Shown here: in pieces, positions 1 to 10,424 of the stretch | Position numbering within the stretch: position 1 is the first letter of the stretch | Layout: the number at the start of each line of letters is the position of its first letter | Source of the DNA: a virus | Lineage: Duplodnaviria; Caudoviricetes | IMG/VR virus record: IMGVR_UViG_3300020056_001798 | Span: 1 to 56,640 of that record | Length of the DNA stretch: 56,640 bases | Reading direction: 5' to 3' (one strand) | Notes under the pieces: generated by a model | What the model was told of the DNA's origin: nothing | The model's database searches: none | What the model saw: only the letters and a program-made list of their open reading frames with translations | Translations under genes and position numbers: made by a program

Positions 1-2
1 TT

Positions 3-197
3 AATTACGAAGTTTTTAAAGCAGCATATGATGCTGATCCAAAACTTCAGCAACTTGTTACAAACTTTGATCAAGAAAAGATTGAGTTTAAATCAAGTGA
101 AGTAGACGATGTTAAGAATCTCAAAGGCAATCCAGGTCGTCCTAGCGACACTGTAGGTAAAATGGCAAAAAATGCTGTTGACCTTAAGGATCTATAA
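3..197 (+). CDS. 3' end of hypothetical protein, truncated at the window edge
   Basis: Open frame NYEVFKAAYDAD...AVDLKDL ends at TAA 195-197. Confidence 0.7.
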   Translation, partial: NYEVFKAAYDADPKLQQLVTNFDQEKIEFKSSEVDDVKNLKGNPGRPSDTVGKMAKNAVDLKDL

Positions 198-202
198 ACC
201 AC

Positions 203-231
203 TTGACAACTTTCCACACTGATGCTACACT
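203..231 (+). promoter_or_regulatory. sigma70-type early promoter, representative of about 17 in the window
   Basis: TTGACA-17 nt-TACACT. Similar TTGAC(A/T)-17/18 nt-TAnnnT sites start near 6925, 8944, 10389, 10713, 13730, 17338, 29101, 32932, 33369, 35281, 39923, 41886, 42256, 45394, 54176 and 56144. Confidence 0.8.
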
Positions 232-252
232 AAGTAATTACTAGGAGGTCTT

Positions 253-603
253 ATGACTGAACGAACCCATAGTGAGATTGTAGAACATATTGTAAGAATT
301 TTAAATGAATATGTAACTCCAGTTGTAGAACAACACGGAGGTGTTATAAATTTTATAAACTTCGAAAAAGGAATTGTAATTGTAGAGTTGAGTGGAGCCT
401 GTTCTGGTTGTGCCGGAAGTTATTTCACACTTCGTAATGGTGTGGAAAATATGCTAAGGAATATGGTACCAGAAGTAACAGGTGTAGAAGGTATAGAAGA
501 TCCTCACTCAACAGTAAATCCTTTTTACAGCGATCCTTTCTCCTTTCATCAGTCTTGGGATATTAGCGATATAGAAGAGATTGATAATGAGTCTGATAAC
601 TGA
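253..603 (+). CDS. NifU/NfuA-like Fe-S cluster scaffold (NifU C-terminal domain)
   Basis: P-x-V-x-x-HGG and LSGACSGC motifs, TLRNGVENML; SD AGGAGG. Confidence 0.88.
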   Translation: MTERTHSEIVEHIVRILNEYVTPVVEQHGGVINFINFEKGIVIVELSGACSGCAGSYFTLRNGVENMLRNMVPEVTGVEGIEDPHSTVNPFYSDPFSFHQSWDISDIEEIDNESDN

Positions 604-1267
604 AAAATTTAAATACGAACGCTTGAAACGAGTAGAAGTAGACGGTAAACGTAGATATGCTGCTCCGGGTGGTGCACCTGTAGCAAGTGTTACTACTATA
701 CTTGATGCAACAAAGGATAAAACACATCTTATTGCCTGGAAGAAGCGTGTAGGCGAAAAGAAAGCACAAGAGATTGTAACTGAAGCAGCAGGTGTAGGTA
801 CTAGAATGCACAAGTACCTAGAAGATTATATTGATACAGGTGACTGGCCTGATCCCGGCAGTAATCCTTATGCTCAACAAGCCCATATGATGGCTACACA
901 AATTAAAGAACAAGCAATGGTAGATGTAGACGAAATATGGGGCAGCGAAGTTCCTTTATATGTTCCAAACATCTATGCAGGTACTACAGATCTAGTTGGC
1001 ACCTACAAAGGCCAGCCCTGCATAATGGATTTTAAACAAACTAACAAGCCCAAGAAAGAAGAATGGGTAGTTGATTATTTTTTACAATTAACCGCCTATG
1101 CTATTGCACACAACGAAGTACACGGCACTGACATACGTGAAGGACACGTTTTTATGTGCAGCCGTGCAGGAGAATACCAGCAGTTTGATATTTGGCCAGA
1201 CGAATTTGCTGAATGGGAAAAAGAATGGTGGAATAGAGTGTATGATTATTATGAAAGGTATGCGTAA
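587..1267 (+). CDS. PD-(D/E)XK exonuclease (phage RecB-like)
   Basis: SVTTIL, GTRMH, E..L, YAGTTD, IMDFK and YFLQLTAY motifs. Confidence 0.85.
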   Translation: MSLITEKFKYERLKRVEVDGKRRYAAPGGAPVASVTTILDATKDKTHLIAWKKRVGEKKAQEIVTEAAGVGTRMHKYLEDYIDTGDWPDPGSNPYAQQAHMMATQIKEQAMVDVDEIWGSEVPLYVPNIYAGTTDLVGTYKGQPCIMDFKQTNKPKKEEWVVDYFLQLTAYAIAHNEVHGTDIREGHVFMCSRAGEYQQFDIWPDEFAEWEKEWWNRVYDYYERYA

Positions 1268-2525
1268 ATTATTTTTATTTTTAACATTTTTTGTTGTAGG
1301 TTTTTGGACAGGTGCCGCGTATGGTGATAAACTTATAAAAACTGGTTGCAGTAAAGACTATCCTGGTGTTCAGTGGTTTATTTACGAAGACGAACAAGGC
1401 AATCGTTACTCAACAAAAGATAGAAGATCTTGGAAATGTGGGTTTGATAGAACACTAACCTTAAAAATAGAACAAGCAATAGGCGACAGATTTAAACCTG
1501 CAATAATTGATGTAGAATATATTGATATGCTAGGCCGCGACGAACCTTGGGGTATGGTCCATCATAGTACAACTATTGGTAAAGCAATAAGAGTAGGGAG
1601 AGATACTGTAGAAATTTACGGCGACGGTGAAGTTGGTACAGGAATATTCACGCTAGGCAGACAAGAAATACAATATACAATTGATCCAGAACCTGTATGT
1701 GAAACTTATGACAGAGTAGACTGTGTAGGCTATGAAAACAGAAGCCGCCAGAATTTCATTTATTATGGAGAAGATGACACTACACTTGTTACCTGGGAAT
1801 TAGGCATCGTGGAATATGCATCTCATTATAAATATGGAGAAGATGTACCTGTAGAAATTTTGGACGAATATGCATCAGATTCTTCACAGTGGAAAAAATG
1901 GGAAAGAAAGGTGCAGCAGTATAATGAAATATATGCAAACTCCGGAGTGCATATTGAATTTAAACTAACAAAAGTATATATAGGGCACTGGCATAGGACT
2001 AGACAGTTAGAAAATATTACTACAGGTTTACCGGTTGATATTGTATTAGGATACGGCACATCATACCCTGATACCTGCGGTGTTGCAAATGTTAACACAA
2101 CTTTTAGAGAAGGTAAGCCTCCTGCTTCTATGAGTAGGTGTGATATCTATACAGATTTACACGAAATAGGACACTCGGTAGGACTTGCTCACGGACCAGA
2201 AAATCAAGCTTGGCAGGCAACAGGATATATTTTTCCAGAATTCGGACACGGATGGAATGATATCTGTGGTAGATACGATGATTTAATGTCATACGGTAGG
2301 AATGGTATATTCCATTCTAATTCTTTACTGGCCTGTTTTGAAGTTACACGTGATCAACAAACAAAATCAGCTGGTGATAGACAATGGTCTGATACAGCAT
2401 ATTCTTTGAATAGAATTAGATTTGATGTAAGTTTAGTACATAACGAACGTGAAAAAATTGATAATCACAAACTAAAACCAATACAATCTAAGGCACGGTA
2501 TATCAAAGAAGAAGTGATCGATTGA
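1260..2525 (+). CDS. secreted metzincin (reprolysin-like) zinc metallopeptidase
   Basis: Start moved to MRKLFLFL (signal peptide). HEIGHSVGLAH fits HExxHxxGxxH, followed by the Met-turn DLMSY. Confidence 0.8.
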   Translation: MRKLFLFLTFFVVGFWTGAAYGDKLIKTGCSKDYPGVQWFIYEDEQGNRYSTKDRRSWKCGFDRTLTLKIEQAIGDRFKPAIIDVEYIDMLGRDEPWGMVHHSTTIGKAIRVGRDTVEIYGDGEVGTGIFTLGRQEIQYTIDPEPVCETYDRVDCVGYENRSRQNFIYYGEDDTTLVTWELGIVEYASHYKYGEDVPVEILDEYASDSSQWKKWERKVQQYNEIYANSGVHIEFKLTKVYIGHWHRTRQLENITTGLPVDIVLGYGTSYPDTCGVANVNTTFREGKPPASMSRCDIYTDLHEIGHSVGLAHGPENQAWQATGYIFPEFGHGWNDICGRYDDLMSYGRNGIFHSNSLLACFEVTRDQQTKSAGDRQWSDTAYSLNRIRFDVSLVHNEREKIDNHKLKPIQSKARYIKEEVID

Positions 2526-2559
2526 ATAAATACATATAATTAATATGTAGGAGACACAA

Positions 2560-4158
2560 GTGGCTGTCGTATCAATATCAAGAATACAAATTCGCAGAGG
2601 TCAAAAGACTGATTTACCACAACTTGCATCAGGCGAGTTTGGCTGGTCAATAGATTCACAAGAATTATACATAGGTAATGGAGCGGTATCAGAAGGTTCA
2701 CCTTATGTAGGAAATACAAAACTATTAAGTGAGCACGATAATTTATTCCAATTTGCAAACACGTATTCTTATAAAAGCGTCGACGGTTATGTGCAAACAG
2801 GAGATACTGTAAACTCTCCTGTGCTTCGCACACTACAAGATAGACTAGATGATATTGTAAGTGTAAAAGCATTTGGAGCAGCAGGTGACGGAAGTGACCA
2901 AACAGATGCTTTACAAAGAGCAATAGATCAATTATATCTAAATGCAGCAAATAAAGGTACACCTTCATCAAGGGTCGTATTACACCTAGAGCCAGGAATA
3001 TATCAAATTTCTAGAACTTTGTATTTGCCGCCTTTTGCAACAATAAGAGGCGCAGGCATAGACAAAACTTATATACAATCCACAGTAAATGCTTTTGAAA
3101 CTGTAAATGACGAAAGCACCCCGGGTGCACCAGCAAATGATGCGACAAGCACAACAGCAAACCAAGCCCGTGAAATTGAATTAAGTGGTATGACAATACA
3201 GAGTGCAAACGCAATCGGTTTGCTTTTACAAAGTTGTAAAGAAAGTAAGTTCACAGATCTAAAATTTATGGGTACTTGGGACTTTGGAGATGCTGTTAGA
3301 TTAAACCAAGCTATTAAATTACAATCATTAAGTACGCTTGTTAGTTGTAACAATAATGTTTTTGAGAGAATTGAAATAGAAAATTATTCTGATGGTATAT
3401 ATTCTGATTTTGACATTAAGGAAAATATATTTGATAACATACGTTTCAATAATGTAGATATAGGAATTTACTTTGGCTATGGAACAACATTAGGTACTAC
3501 AGGACAAACTACAGGACCGTCTAATAATAAAATTTCAAATTGTGTTTTTGATAATGTTTACCGCGAAGGTATCAACATTGTTGAAGGTTTCTTTAATCTA
3601 AGCCAAAACAATATATTTAAAAATGTAGGTAACCACGGTGGTACAGATGGCAATGCTCAAACATCTATTATAAATTTCAATAAGCCGAATAATACTTCGG
3701 ATAATGATCAGTTTGTCAGAACTGCACAGCTATCTATAAATCCATTATATTTTATTAACTATCCATATATTCCTGAAATAACAGGTACAAATATTAGTGT
3801 ATCAGGATTTCCTGCAACTATTACAATAGGCAACAATAGTGCATTTGAAAAGACATTAAGATTTTCAGCAGATACTGCAAAAAGCTATCTAATCGATTAC
3901 ATCTACACAAGTGATGCAGTAAATGCAAAAAGAACAGGAAAGATAGAAATGATGATCGATCCTGCTAACAATGATATCCAAATCACTGATGAATATGTTT
4001 ATGTCGGAGACTCTGCATTTGATGAAAATTTGCAATTTAATGCAGAACTTTATGACGAAAATAGTGACGGAACGGTTGACACAGCCGCCCTGACTATGTT
4101 AAACTCTACTAGTGGAGACTCAGCAAGTTTCTCCTATAAAGTAACAATAAAACAGTAG
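2560..4158 (+). CDS. virion tail/spike protein with pectate-lyase-like beta-helix
   Basis: N-terminal RIQIRRG..LPQLASGEFGW..LYIGNG tail-fibre motif, VSVKAFGAAGDG..DALQRAID and Asn-rich beta-helix repeats; TAAATA and a SD upstream. Confidence 0.75.
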   Translation: MAVVSISRIQIRRGQKTDLPQLASGEFGWSIDSQELYIGNGAVSEGSPYVGNTKLLSEHDNLFQFANTYSYKSVDGYVQTGDTVNSPVLRTLQDRLDDIVSVKAFGAAGDGSDQTDALQRAIDQLYLNAANKGTPSSRVVLHLEPGIYQISRTLYLPPFATIRGAGIDKTYIQSTVNAFETVNDESTPGAPANDATSTTANQAREIELSGMTIQSANAIGLLLQSCKESKFTDLKFMGTWDFGDAVRLNQAIKLQSLSTLVSCNNNVFERIEIENYSDGIYSDFDIKENIFDNIRFNNVDIGIYFGYGTTLGTTGQTTGPSNNKISNCVFDNVYREGINIVEGFFNLSQNNIFKNVGNHGGTDGNAQTSIINFNKPNNTSDNDQFVRTAQLSINPLYFINYPYIPEITGTNISVSGFPATITIGNNSAFEKTLRFSADTAKSYLIDYIYTSDAVNAKRTGKIEMMIDPANNDIQITDEYVYVGDSAFDENLQFNAELYDENSDGTVDTAALTMLNSTSGDSASFSYKVTIKQ

Positions 4159-4162
4159 GTAG

Positions 4163-4588
4163 ATGTTTAACCTAAAATACGAAGAAAGATTGCAATACTG
4201 GAGTGACTTTCGTAAAAGTTTAGAGACTTCTCTTGACCCGATGCAGGATGTAATAGACCTGTATAACAAAGCACCTTTAGTTACGATAGCAACAGATCCT
4301 TATAGCCAAAGCACCTGGCCTGATCCTTGGGAGCTTTTGAAGGAAAATAATTATTGTCCCTTCGTTAAGATTTTAGCAATTTGTTACACCTTGCAATTAT
4401 CAGACGTTTTTTCCCAAGACTCGTATGAGATACATATTGTACGAGACAACGCAAAGTGTAGCACATATTATCTACTATATGTTAACAGTGTTGTGATCGG
4501 ATTCAACGGAGACACTTATGTTCATAAAAACGATATACCTCGTACTGCCTACTCAGAGATTGAATATAAGATGCCAACACTTCAATAA
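4163..4588 (+). CDS. hypothetical phage protein
   Basis: 141-aa ORF in tight operon context. Confidence 0.7.
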   Translation: MFNLKYEERLQYWSDFRKSLETSLDPMQDVIDLYNKAPLVTIATDPYSQSTWPDPWELLKENNYCPFVKILAICYTLQLSDVFSQDSYEIHIVRDNAKCSTYYLLYVNSVVIGFNGDTYVHKNDIPRTAYSEIEYKMPTLQ

Positions 4589-4619
4589 ATACCAAATATG
4601 AAAAGAAAAGAGGAATAAA

Positions 4620-6923
4620 ATGTCTAACGGAACAATGATCGTCAAACGTGACGGTACAAAAGAACACTTGAATATCGATAAAATACATAAAGTAGTCGAA
4701 CACGCTTGTGAGGGTCTAGCCGGAGTAAGCAGCAGTTTAATTGAGATGAATGCAAACATTCAATTTTATGACGGAATGGCAACTCACGAAATTCAAGAAG
4801 TTCTTATACGTTCTGCTAATGATTTAATTTCCTTAGACAATCCGAATTACCAATATGCCGCAGCACGTTTACTTTCTTATGGTACAAATAAACAAGTATT
4901 TGGTCGCTATGAAAGTATATCTCTTAAAGAAATGATTGAAAAGAATATTGATAGAGGCGTGTATGATCCGGGTATCTTAGATGTATATTCTGATGAAGAA
5001 ATAGAACGATTAGACAGCTATATTCACCACAAAAGAGATGAAAACTTTACCTACGCAGGATTACGTCAGGTTGTAGACAAGTACCTGTGTCAAGATAGGT
5101 CAACAGGTGAAATATTTGAAACGCCTCAATTTATGTATATGATGATTGCTGCAACTTTATTTGCAGGTTATCCAAAAGAAAGCCGTATGCACTACGTAAG
5201 GAGATACTACGATGCGACCTCACTTTTTAGAATCAACATTCCAACGCCGGTTATGGCAGGAGTCAGAACACCCGTTAGACAATTTGCAAGTTGCGTCCTT
5301 GTTGATTCAGACGACACCCTTGATTCCATTTTTGCCAGTGATATGTCTATTGGACGTTACACAGCGCAGAGAGCTGGCATCGGCATTAACGCAGGGCGCA
5401 TCAGAGGAGTTAATTCAAAAATTAGAGGAGGCGAAGTTGCACATACAGGAATCGTCCCGTTCCTCAAAAAGTTCGAAGCAACAGTCAGATGTTGCACACA
5501 AAACGGAGTAAGAGGTGGCTCAGCTACTACACACTTCCCGTTTTGGCATCAAGAGATTGAAGACATTCTAGTATTGAAAAACAACAAAGGTACAGAAGAC
5601 AACCGTGTACGTAAACTAGACTACTCAATACAACTTAATAAGACAATGTATGAACGTCTACTTGCTGGAGACGAAATAACTCTTTTCTCACCTCACGATG
5701 TTCCAGGATTATACGAAGCATACTTTGGTGATCCAGATGAGTTTAAAGAACTATATGAAAAATATGAGCGTGCCACAAGCATTAAGAAAAAGAAGATTGA
5801 TGCAATGGAATTGTTTTCTGCTCTAATTAAAGAACGTGCAGAAACAGGACGCATCTATATTATGAATGTTGATCACTGTAATACACACAGCTCGTTCAAA
5901 GATCCAGTGTATATGAGTAATTTATGTCAAGAGATTACACTACCCACTAAGCCACTACAGCACATTGATGACGAAGAAGGAGAAATTGCGCTGTGTATTC
6001 TTAGTGCAATCAATGTAGGTGTTATCAAAGAGCTAGACGATTTAGAAGAATTGTGTGATTTAGCAGTAAGAGCTTTAGAAGAAATTATTGACTACCAACG
6101 CTATCCAATCAAGGCAGCAGAAATTTCAACAAAAGCAAGACGTTCGTTAGGAGTTGGGTATATTGGATTGGCTCATTATCTTGCAAAGCACAAAGCAAAT
6201 TACGCAGACCAAAGTGCTTGGAAACTAGTACACGATTTATCCGAAGCGTTCCAATACTATCTACTTAAAGCCAGCAACAAATTGGCGCAGGAAAGAGGCG
6301 CCTGTGATGCATTTAACCGCACTAAATACAGCGACGGCATCCTTCCAATAGATACCTACAAGAAAGATGTTGATGCAATAGTGGAGAACAAGTTAAACTA
6401 TGATTGGGATGGTTTACGCAATGATATCAAACAACACGGCCTTCGACATTCGACATTGTCCGCTCAGATGCCATCAGAAAGCAGTTCCGTTGTGTCGAAC
6501 GCAACTAACGGAATCGAACCACCACGCGGATACTTGTCCGTTAAGAAGTCCAAAAAAGGGCCTCTTAAGCAAATTGTTCCACAGTTCCAAACATTAAAAA
6601 ACTCTTACACACTGCTTTGGGATATGCCAAGCAATGAAGGTTATATTAATGTAGTTGCTGTAATGCAAAAGTTTTTTGATCAAGCAATTAGCGGCAATTG
6701 GAGTTACAATCCTACACAGTATCCTGATAACGAAGTTCCGATGAGCGTAATGTTACAGGATTTGTTGAACACATATAAGTATGGTTGGAAAACTTCTTAC
6801 TATCAAAACACCTACGATTACAAAGAAGATCCAAGTGAACTAAAGGAAGAACTAGAAACTGCACTACAACCGTCTATACTAGACGAACAAGACGAAGAAG
6901 CTTGTGAAGCGTGTGCAATTTAA
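4620..6923 (+). CDS. nrdA: ribonucleotide reductase class Ia alpha subunit
   Basis: ATP-cone IVKRDG, PTPVMAG, SCVL, SNLCQEI, MPSESSS and C-terminal CEAC. Confidence 0.98.
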   Translation: MSNGTMIVKRDGTKEHLNIDKIHKVVEHACEGLAGVSSSLIEMNANIQFYDGMATHEIQEVLIRSANDLISLDNPNYQYAAARLLSYGTNKQVFGRYESISLKEMIEKNIDRGVYDPGILDVYSDEEIERLDSYIHHKRDENFTYAGLRQVVDKYLCQDRSTGEIFETPQFMYMMIAATLFAGYPKESRMHYVRRYYDATSLFRINIPTPVMAGVRTPVRQFASCVLVDSDDTLDSIFASDMSIGRYTAQRAGIGINAGRIRGVNSKIRGGEVAHTGIVPFLKKFEATVRCCTQNGVRGGSATTHFPFWHQEIEDILVLKNNKGTEDNRVRKLDYSIQLNKTMYERLLAGDEITLFSPHDVPGLYEAYFGDPDEFKELYEKYERATSIKKKKIDAMELFSALIKERAETGRIYIMNVDHCNTHSSFKDPVYMSNLCQEITLPTKPLQHIDDEEGEIALCILSAINVGVIKELDDLEELCDLAVRALEEIIDYQRYPIKAAEISTKARRSLGVGYIGLAHYLAKHKANYADQSAWKLVHDLSEAFQYYLLKASNKLAQERGACDAFNRTKYSDGILPIDTYKKDVDAIVENKLNYDWDGLRNDIKQHGLRHSTLSAQMPSESSSVVSNATNGIEPPRGYLSVKKSKKGPLKQIVPQFQTLKNSYTLLWDMPSNEGYINVVAVMQKFFDQAISGNWSYNPTQYPDNEVPMSVMLQDLLNTYKYGWKTSYYQNTYDYKEDPSELKEELETALQPSILDEQDEEACEACAI

Positions 6924-6983
6924 CTTGACAAATAAAACAAAAGAATGTACAGTAGTAGTACAAAAATGATTATAGGATGACAA

Positions 6984-8087
6984 ATGTCAAAGACAGTATT
7001 TAACAAAGAAAAGGTTGACTTTACAAAGCAGCCTATGTTCTTCGGAGCAGAACAAAACACACAGAGATATGACACATTCAAATTTCCTGTGTTTGACAAA
7101 CTAAATCAAACGATGCTAGGATATTTCTGGCGTCCAGAAGAAGTATCATTACAAAAGGATAGAGCGGATTATCAAAACTTCCGACCTGAGCAGAAGCACA
7201 TCTTTACTTCGAATCTTAAATATCAAACACTGCTAGACAGTGTACAAGGACGTGGTCCGTGCCTAGCATTTTTGCCGCACGTAAGTTTACCAGAACTAGA
7301 AGGTTGCATTGTTACTTGGGACTTCTTTGAAACTATTCACAGTCGGTCTTATACACACATTATGAAAAATGTGTATCCTGATCCAAGCGAAGTATTTGAT
7401 ACAATCTTAGACGACGAAAAAATCATTGCAAGAGCGACCAGCGTAACTAAACATTATGATGCATTTAACGAAGCGGCAGATGCATATTTCCATCGCGGTG
7501 AAGGTAGTATACGTGATGTTAAGAAGAAAATGTATCTTGCAATGATGACTGTAAACATTCTTGAAGGTTTACGTTTCTATGTAAGTTTTGCTTGTACGTT
7601 TGGATTTGGTGAACTGAAGCTAATGGAAGGCTCGGCTAAGATTATTTCACTTATCGCTAGAGACGAAGCACAGCATTTGGCACTTAGCACACACGTTCTT
7701 AAACTTTGGGCACAAGGCAAAGACGATCCTGAAATGGCTAAAATTGCTAAAGATTGCGAAGAAGAAGTTTATGACTTGTGGCGTGAGTGTGTTGCAGAAG
7801 AAAAAGATTGGGCAGAGTATCTGTTTCAAAATGGTTCAATGATCGGATTGAACACACAACTACTACATCAGTATGTTGAGTACATTGCCAACCGCAGACT
7901 AAAAGCATTAGGCTTCCAGGCAATATTCGATCAGCCCGTCAATACAAATCCGCTACCTTGGACAACTCATTGGTTAAGTTCATCAGGATTACAGGTTGCT
8001 CCACAAGAAACTGAAGTTGAAAGTTATATTGTTGGCGGTATCAAACAAGATGTTGATAAGGACAAACTGAAAGGATTTTCACTATGA
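6984..8087 (+). CDS. nrdB: ribonucleotide reductase class Ia beta subunit
   Basis: FWRPEE, ETIHSRSY, LEGLRFYVSF, RDEAQH and APQETE..SY motifs. Confidence 0.98.
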   Translation: MSKTVFNKEKVDFTKQPMFFGAEQNTQRYDTFKFPVFDKLNQTMLGYFWRPEEVSLQKDRADYQNFRPEQKHIFTSNLKYQTLLDSVQGRGPCLAFLPHVSLPELEGCIVTWDFFETIHSRSYTHIMKNVYPDPSEVFDTILDDEKIIARATSVTKHYDAFNEAADAYFHRGEGSIRDVKKKMYLAMMTVNILEGLRFYVSFACTFGFGELKLMEGSAKIISLIARDEAQHLALSTHVLKLWAQGKDDPEMAKIAKDCEEEVYDLWRECVAEEKDWAEYLFQNGSMIGLNTQLLHQYVEYIANRRLKALGFQAIFDQPVNTNPLPWTTHWLSSSGLQVAPQETEVESYIVGGIKQDVDKDKLKGFSL

Positions 8088-8341
8088 CAATACAAATTTG
8101 GGGCAAGCCTGCTTGTCCTTCTTGCGAAAAGGCCAAACAACTTTTGCTTAACAGAAATATTGCTTTTGAATATTTGCAGTTAGGCACTGATTTTGATAGA
8201 GATAAAATTCTAGAAACTTTTCCGGGTGCTAGAACTTTCCCGCAAATTATTATGAACGGAAAAAAGATAGGCGGCTTCGAAAATTTACAACAAGAATTAG
8301 AAGACACAGCCTATAATGGAACAGGACATTCACTTAGTTAG
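8084..8341 (+). CDS. glutaredoxin
   Basis: CPSC, ARTFPQI and IGGF motifs; follows nrdB. Confidence 0.92.
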   Translation: MTIQIWGKPACPSCEKAKQLLLNRNIAFEYLQLGTDFDRDKILETFPGARTFPQIIMNGKKIGGFENLQQELEDTAYNGTGHSLS

Positions 8342-8353
8342 GTAAAATAATTT

Positions 8354-8644
8354 ATGTTATTAGAAACACCATACAAATCTCAAGACACTATCACTATAAA
8401 AACAACAGCAGGTGAAGAACTTGTTGCTCGTTTCATAGAGGAAGACAGCAATTTTATTACAGTGCAAAAGCCTATGGCTATTATGGCAACACAACAAGGC
8501 ATTGGATTAGGACCATTTACTTTTACAATCAATCCTGATGCAAAAGTAGAAATAAATAAAAGTGCAGTGCTGGTAGTGCATAAAACAGATTCAGAAATGG
8601 CGAAACAGTACGTTAGCAGCACAACTGGGATACAAATGGCTTAA
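8354..8644 (+). CDS. hypothetical protein, possibly Sm-like fold
   Basis: TIKTTAGEELVA pattern in a small beta-rich ORF. Confidence 0.65.
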   Translation: MLLETPYKSQDTITIKTTAGEELVARFIEEDSNFITVQKPMAIMATQQGIGLGPFTFTINPDAKVEINKSAVLVVHKTDSEMAKQYVSSTTGIQMA

Positions 8645-8940
8645 TGACAATAGCAGTGCATAGACATACAGATGTTCGTGTTTGCGGACACACAACAGTT
8701 GTTCAAGGACAGGATAATGTCTATGCTAATAATTTGTTGATCGCTGTTGATAATGATCCTAATAATGCTGGCGGCGGAGAACTAGATGCTTCTAATACAA
8801 AAAATGTTTACATTAATAATAAATTAATAGTAAACAATACTGTAGATAATGCTGCACCTGATAGTAGTTGTCCAGAATCCCCACATTGCAATCCTCACAC
8901 CAATCAAGGCTCTCCTGATGTTTTTGTTGCAGACAAATAA
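8644..8940 (+). CDS. PAAR-like tail spike tip protein
   Basis: AVHRHTD..CGH, NVYANN, H...GSPDVFV. Confidence 0.8.
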   Translation: MTIAVHRHTDVRVCGHTTVVQGQDNVYANNLLIAVDNDPNNAGGGELDASNTKNVYINNKLIVNNTVDNAAPDSSCPESPHCNPHTNQGSPDVFVADK

Positions 8941-9007
8941 AGGTTGACAACATATCTATTTTGTGCTATTATACAATATAAAATAGAAAAGGCAAAAGAG
9001 AGGCAAA

Positions 9008-9592
9008 ATGCAAAATAAATTGATTTTAACAGATTGTGACGGTGTGCTATTCGATTGGGAATATGCCTACGGACGTTGGATGAAGAAACACGGCTATGAA
9101 GTTGTAGCACCCGGCAATTACAATATGGATGTAAAATATGGCATATCCAAAGACGAAGCAAAAAAGTTATGCCGTATGTTTAATGAAAGTGCGTGGATAA
9201 GAAAACTTCCACCACTGCGTGATGCTATCAAGTATGTTAAAAAATTGAATGAAGAACACGGATTTGTGTTTCACGCAATAACTAGCTTGAGTGATGATTA
9301 TTATGCACAGCATTTACGCACAAAGAACTTGATCGAAATGTTTGGACCTACTGTATTTGAAAAATTTGTATATTTAGATACAGGTGCAGACAAAGATGAA
9401 GCACTTGAGTGTTATCGAGATTCCAATTGTTGGTGGATTGAAGATAAACCTCAAAACGTTGACCTAGGTATTAGTATGGGTCTTAATGGTATTTTAGTTA
9501 ACCACGAACATAACAAAGACTATGCAGGTAATGCAATTTGTGTATGGGATTGGAAAAAAATATACGAAATCGTAACAGGAGGAACAATATGA
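9008..9592 (+). CDS. HAD-family 5'(3')-nucleotidase-like protein
   Basis: DCDGVL, ITS, K and WIEDK HAD motifs. Confidence 0.82.
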   Translation: MQNKLILTDCDGVLFDWEYAYGRWMKKHGYEVVAPGNYNMDVKYGISKDEAKKLCRMFNESAWIRKLPPLRDAIKYVKKLNEEHGFVFHAITSLSDDYYAQHLRTKNLIEMFGPTVFEKFVYLDTGADKDEALECYRDSNCWWIEDKPQNVDLGISMGLNGILVNHEHNKDYAGNAICVWDWKKIYEIVTGGTI

Positions 9593-9765
9593 CTTTACAC
9601 GAAGAAATCGTACAAGCGTTTAATAACTATCTCAAAGAAGCCGAAACCTTTGATGAAAAAGGTGTCAAAGCAGCAGCAACTAGAGCTCGTAAGGCACTCG
9701 GTGATCTAGGCAAACTTACAAAAACACGTAGAGCCGAAATCCAAGATAAAAAGAACGCAATGTAA
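9589..9765 (+). CDS. Hc1-like (histone H1-like) small basic protein
   Basis: Start MTLHEE after SD AGGAGG; KGVKAAATRARKALGDLGKL motif. Confidence 0.7.
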   Translation: MTLHEEIVQAFNNYLKEAETFDEKGVKAAATRARKALGDLGKLTKTRRAEIQDKKNAM

Positions 9766-9767
9766 TC

Positions 9768-9796
9768 AAAAGGGTTGCTTAGTCAACCCTTTTTTT
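9768..9796 (+). terminator. intrinsic terminator
   Basis: AAAAGGGTTG-loop-CAACCC followed by a T-tract. Confidence 0.85.
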
Positions 9797-9810
9797 ATGA
9801 AAGAAATTTA

Positions 9811-9972
9811 ATGAATCCAGTACCACGCAAGATAGATCCCGAATCACAAAAATTAATTGATGAATGGTTGAAAACTAATAAACCACAGGAATGTGAACCA
9901 TACAAGCGAAGTGAGAATGTAGAATATACAACAGGCTTTTATGGTACAAAGAAAAAGTCAAAAAAGGATTGA
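9811..9972 (+). CDS. small hypothetical protein
   Basis: Start MNPVPRK, downstream of the terminator. Confidence 0.6.
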   Translation: MNPVPRKIDPESQKLIDEWLKTNKPQECEPYKRSENVEYTTGFYGTKKKSKKD

Positions 9973-10009
9973 TGTTAGCGCCTACATTTACAAGGAATGT
10001 AAATACGTT

Positions 10010-10210
10010 ATGCTTCGAAATGATCTTAAAGAAGAATACAGATTATTTTATATGGTTAAAGGCCATCTCGACGCCACTCCTGAAACAGTAGTCCAAAGTG
10101 CAGAAGGATATTTCAAACGCCTTTGGTATGATGGTGCCAATGGTGCACCTTTGTATGACTATGCAGAACAGTTCGAACAAGCCTGGAAAGAAAAACAAAA
10201 TGGTATCTAA
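10010..10210 (+). CDS. hypothetical protein, probably leaderless
   Basis: TAAATA-4 nt-ATG; MLRNDLKEEY. Confidence 0.65.
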   Translation: MLRNDLKEEYRLFYMVKGHLDATPETVVQSAEGYFKRLWYDGANGAPLYDYAEQFEQAWKEKQNGI

Positions 10211-10412
10211 AAAATTTGATGAACTCAGCACTGATGATTTGTGCTACTTAGAAAAAATATTAGGTGAAAAGTTTGCTCAACAACTAGAAGCAGATCAAAC
10301 CTGGGCTGCAAAAAATCACTATGACCGTCCTGGTAATAAAAAGAAACAAATACTTCGTATTATGGATGCTGTCCGTTCACAAAAACGGTTGACAAGTGTA
10401 GCCAAGTGGTAG
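10200..10412 (+). CDS. hypothetical protein
   Basis: Start MVSKKFDE overlaps the end of the upstream gene. Confidence 0.6.
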   Translation: MVSKKFDELSTDDLCYLEKILGEKFAQQLEADQTWAAKNHYDRPGNKKKQILRIMDAVRSQKRLTSVAKW

Positions 10413-10424
10413 TATAAATAAACT

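Noticed and set aside
1098-1259. N-terminal extensions in the ORF track (also at 9538, 23129, 32671, 35281 and 54683)
   Set aside because: They overlap upstream genes or promoters. Downstream starts fit RBS, signal peptide or family N-termini better.
4620-8087. Introns or inteins in nrdA/nrdB
   Set aside because: Both frames are continuous and of normal length.
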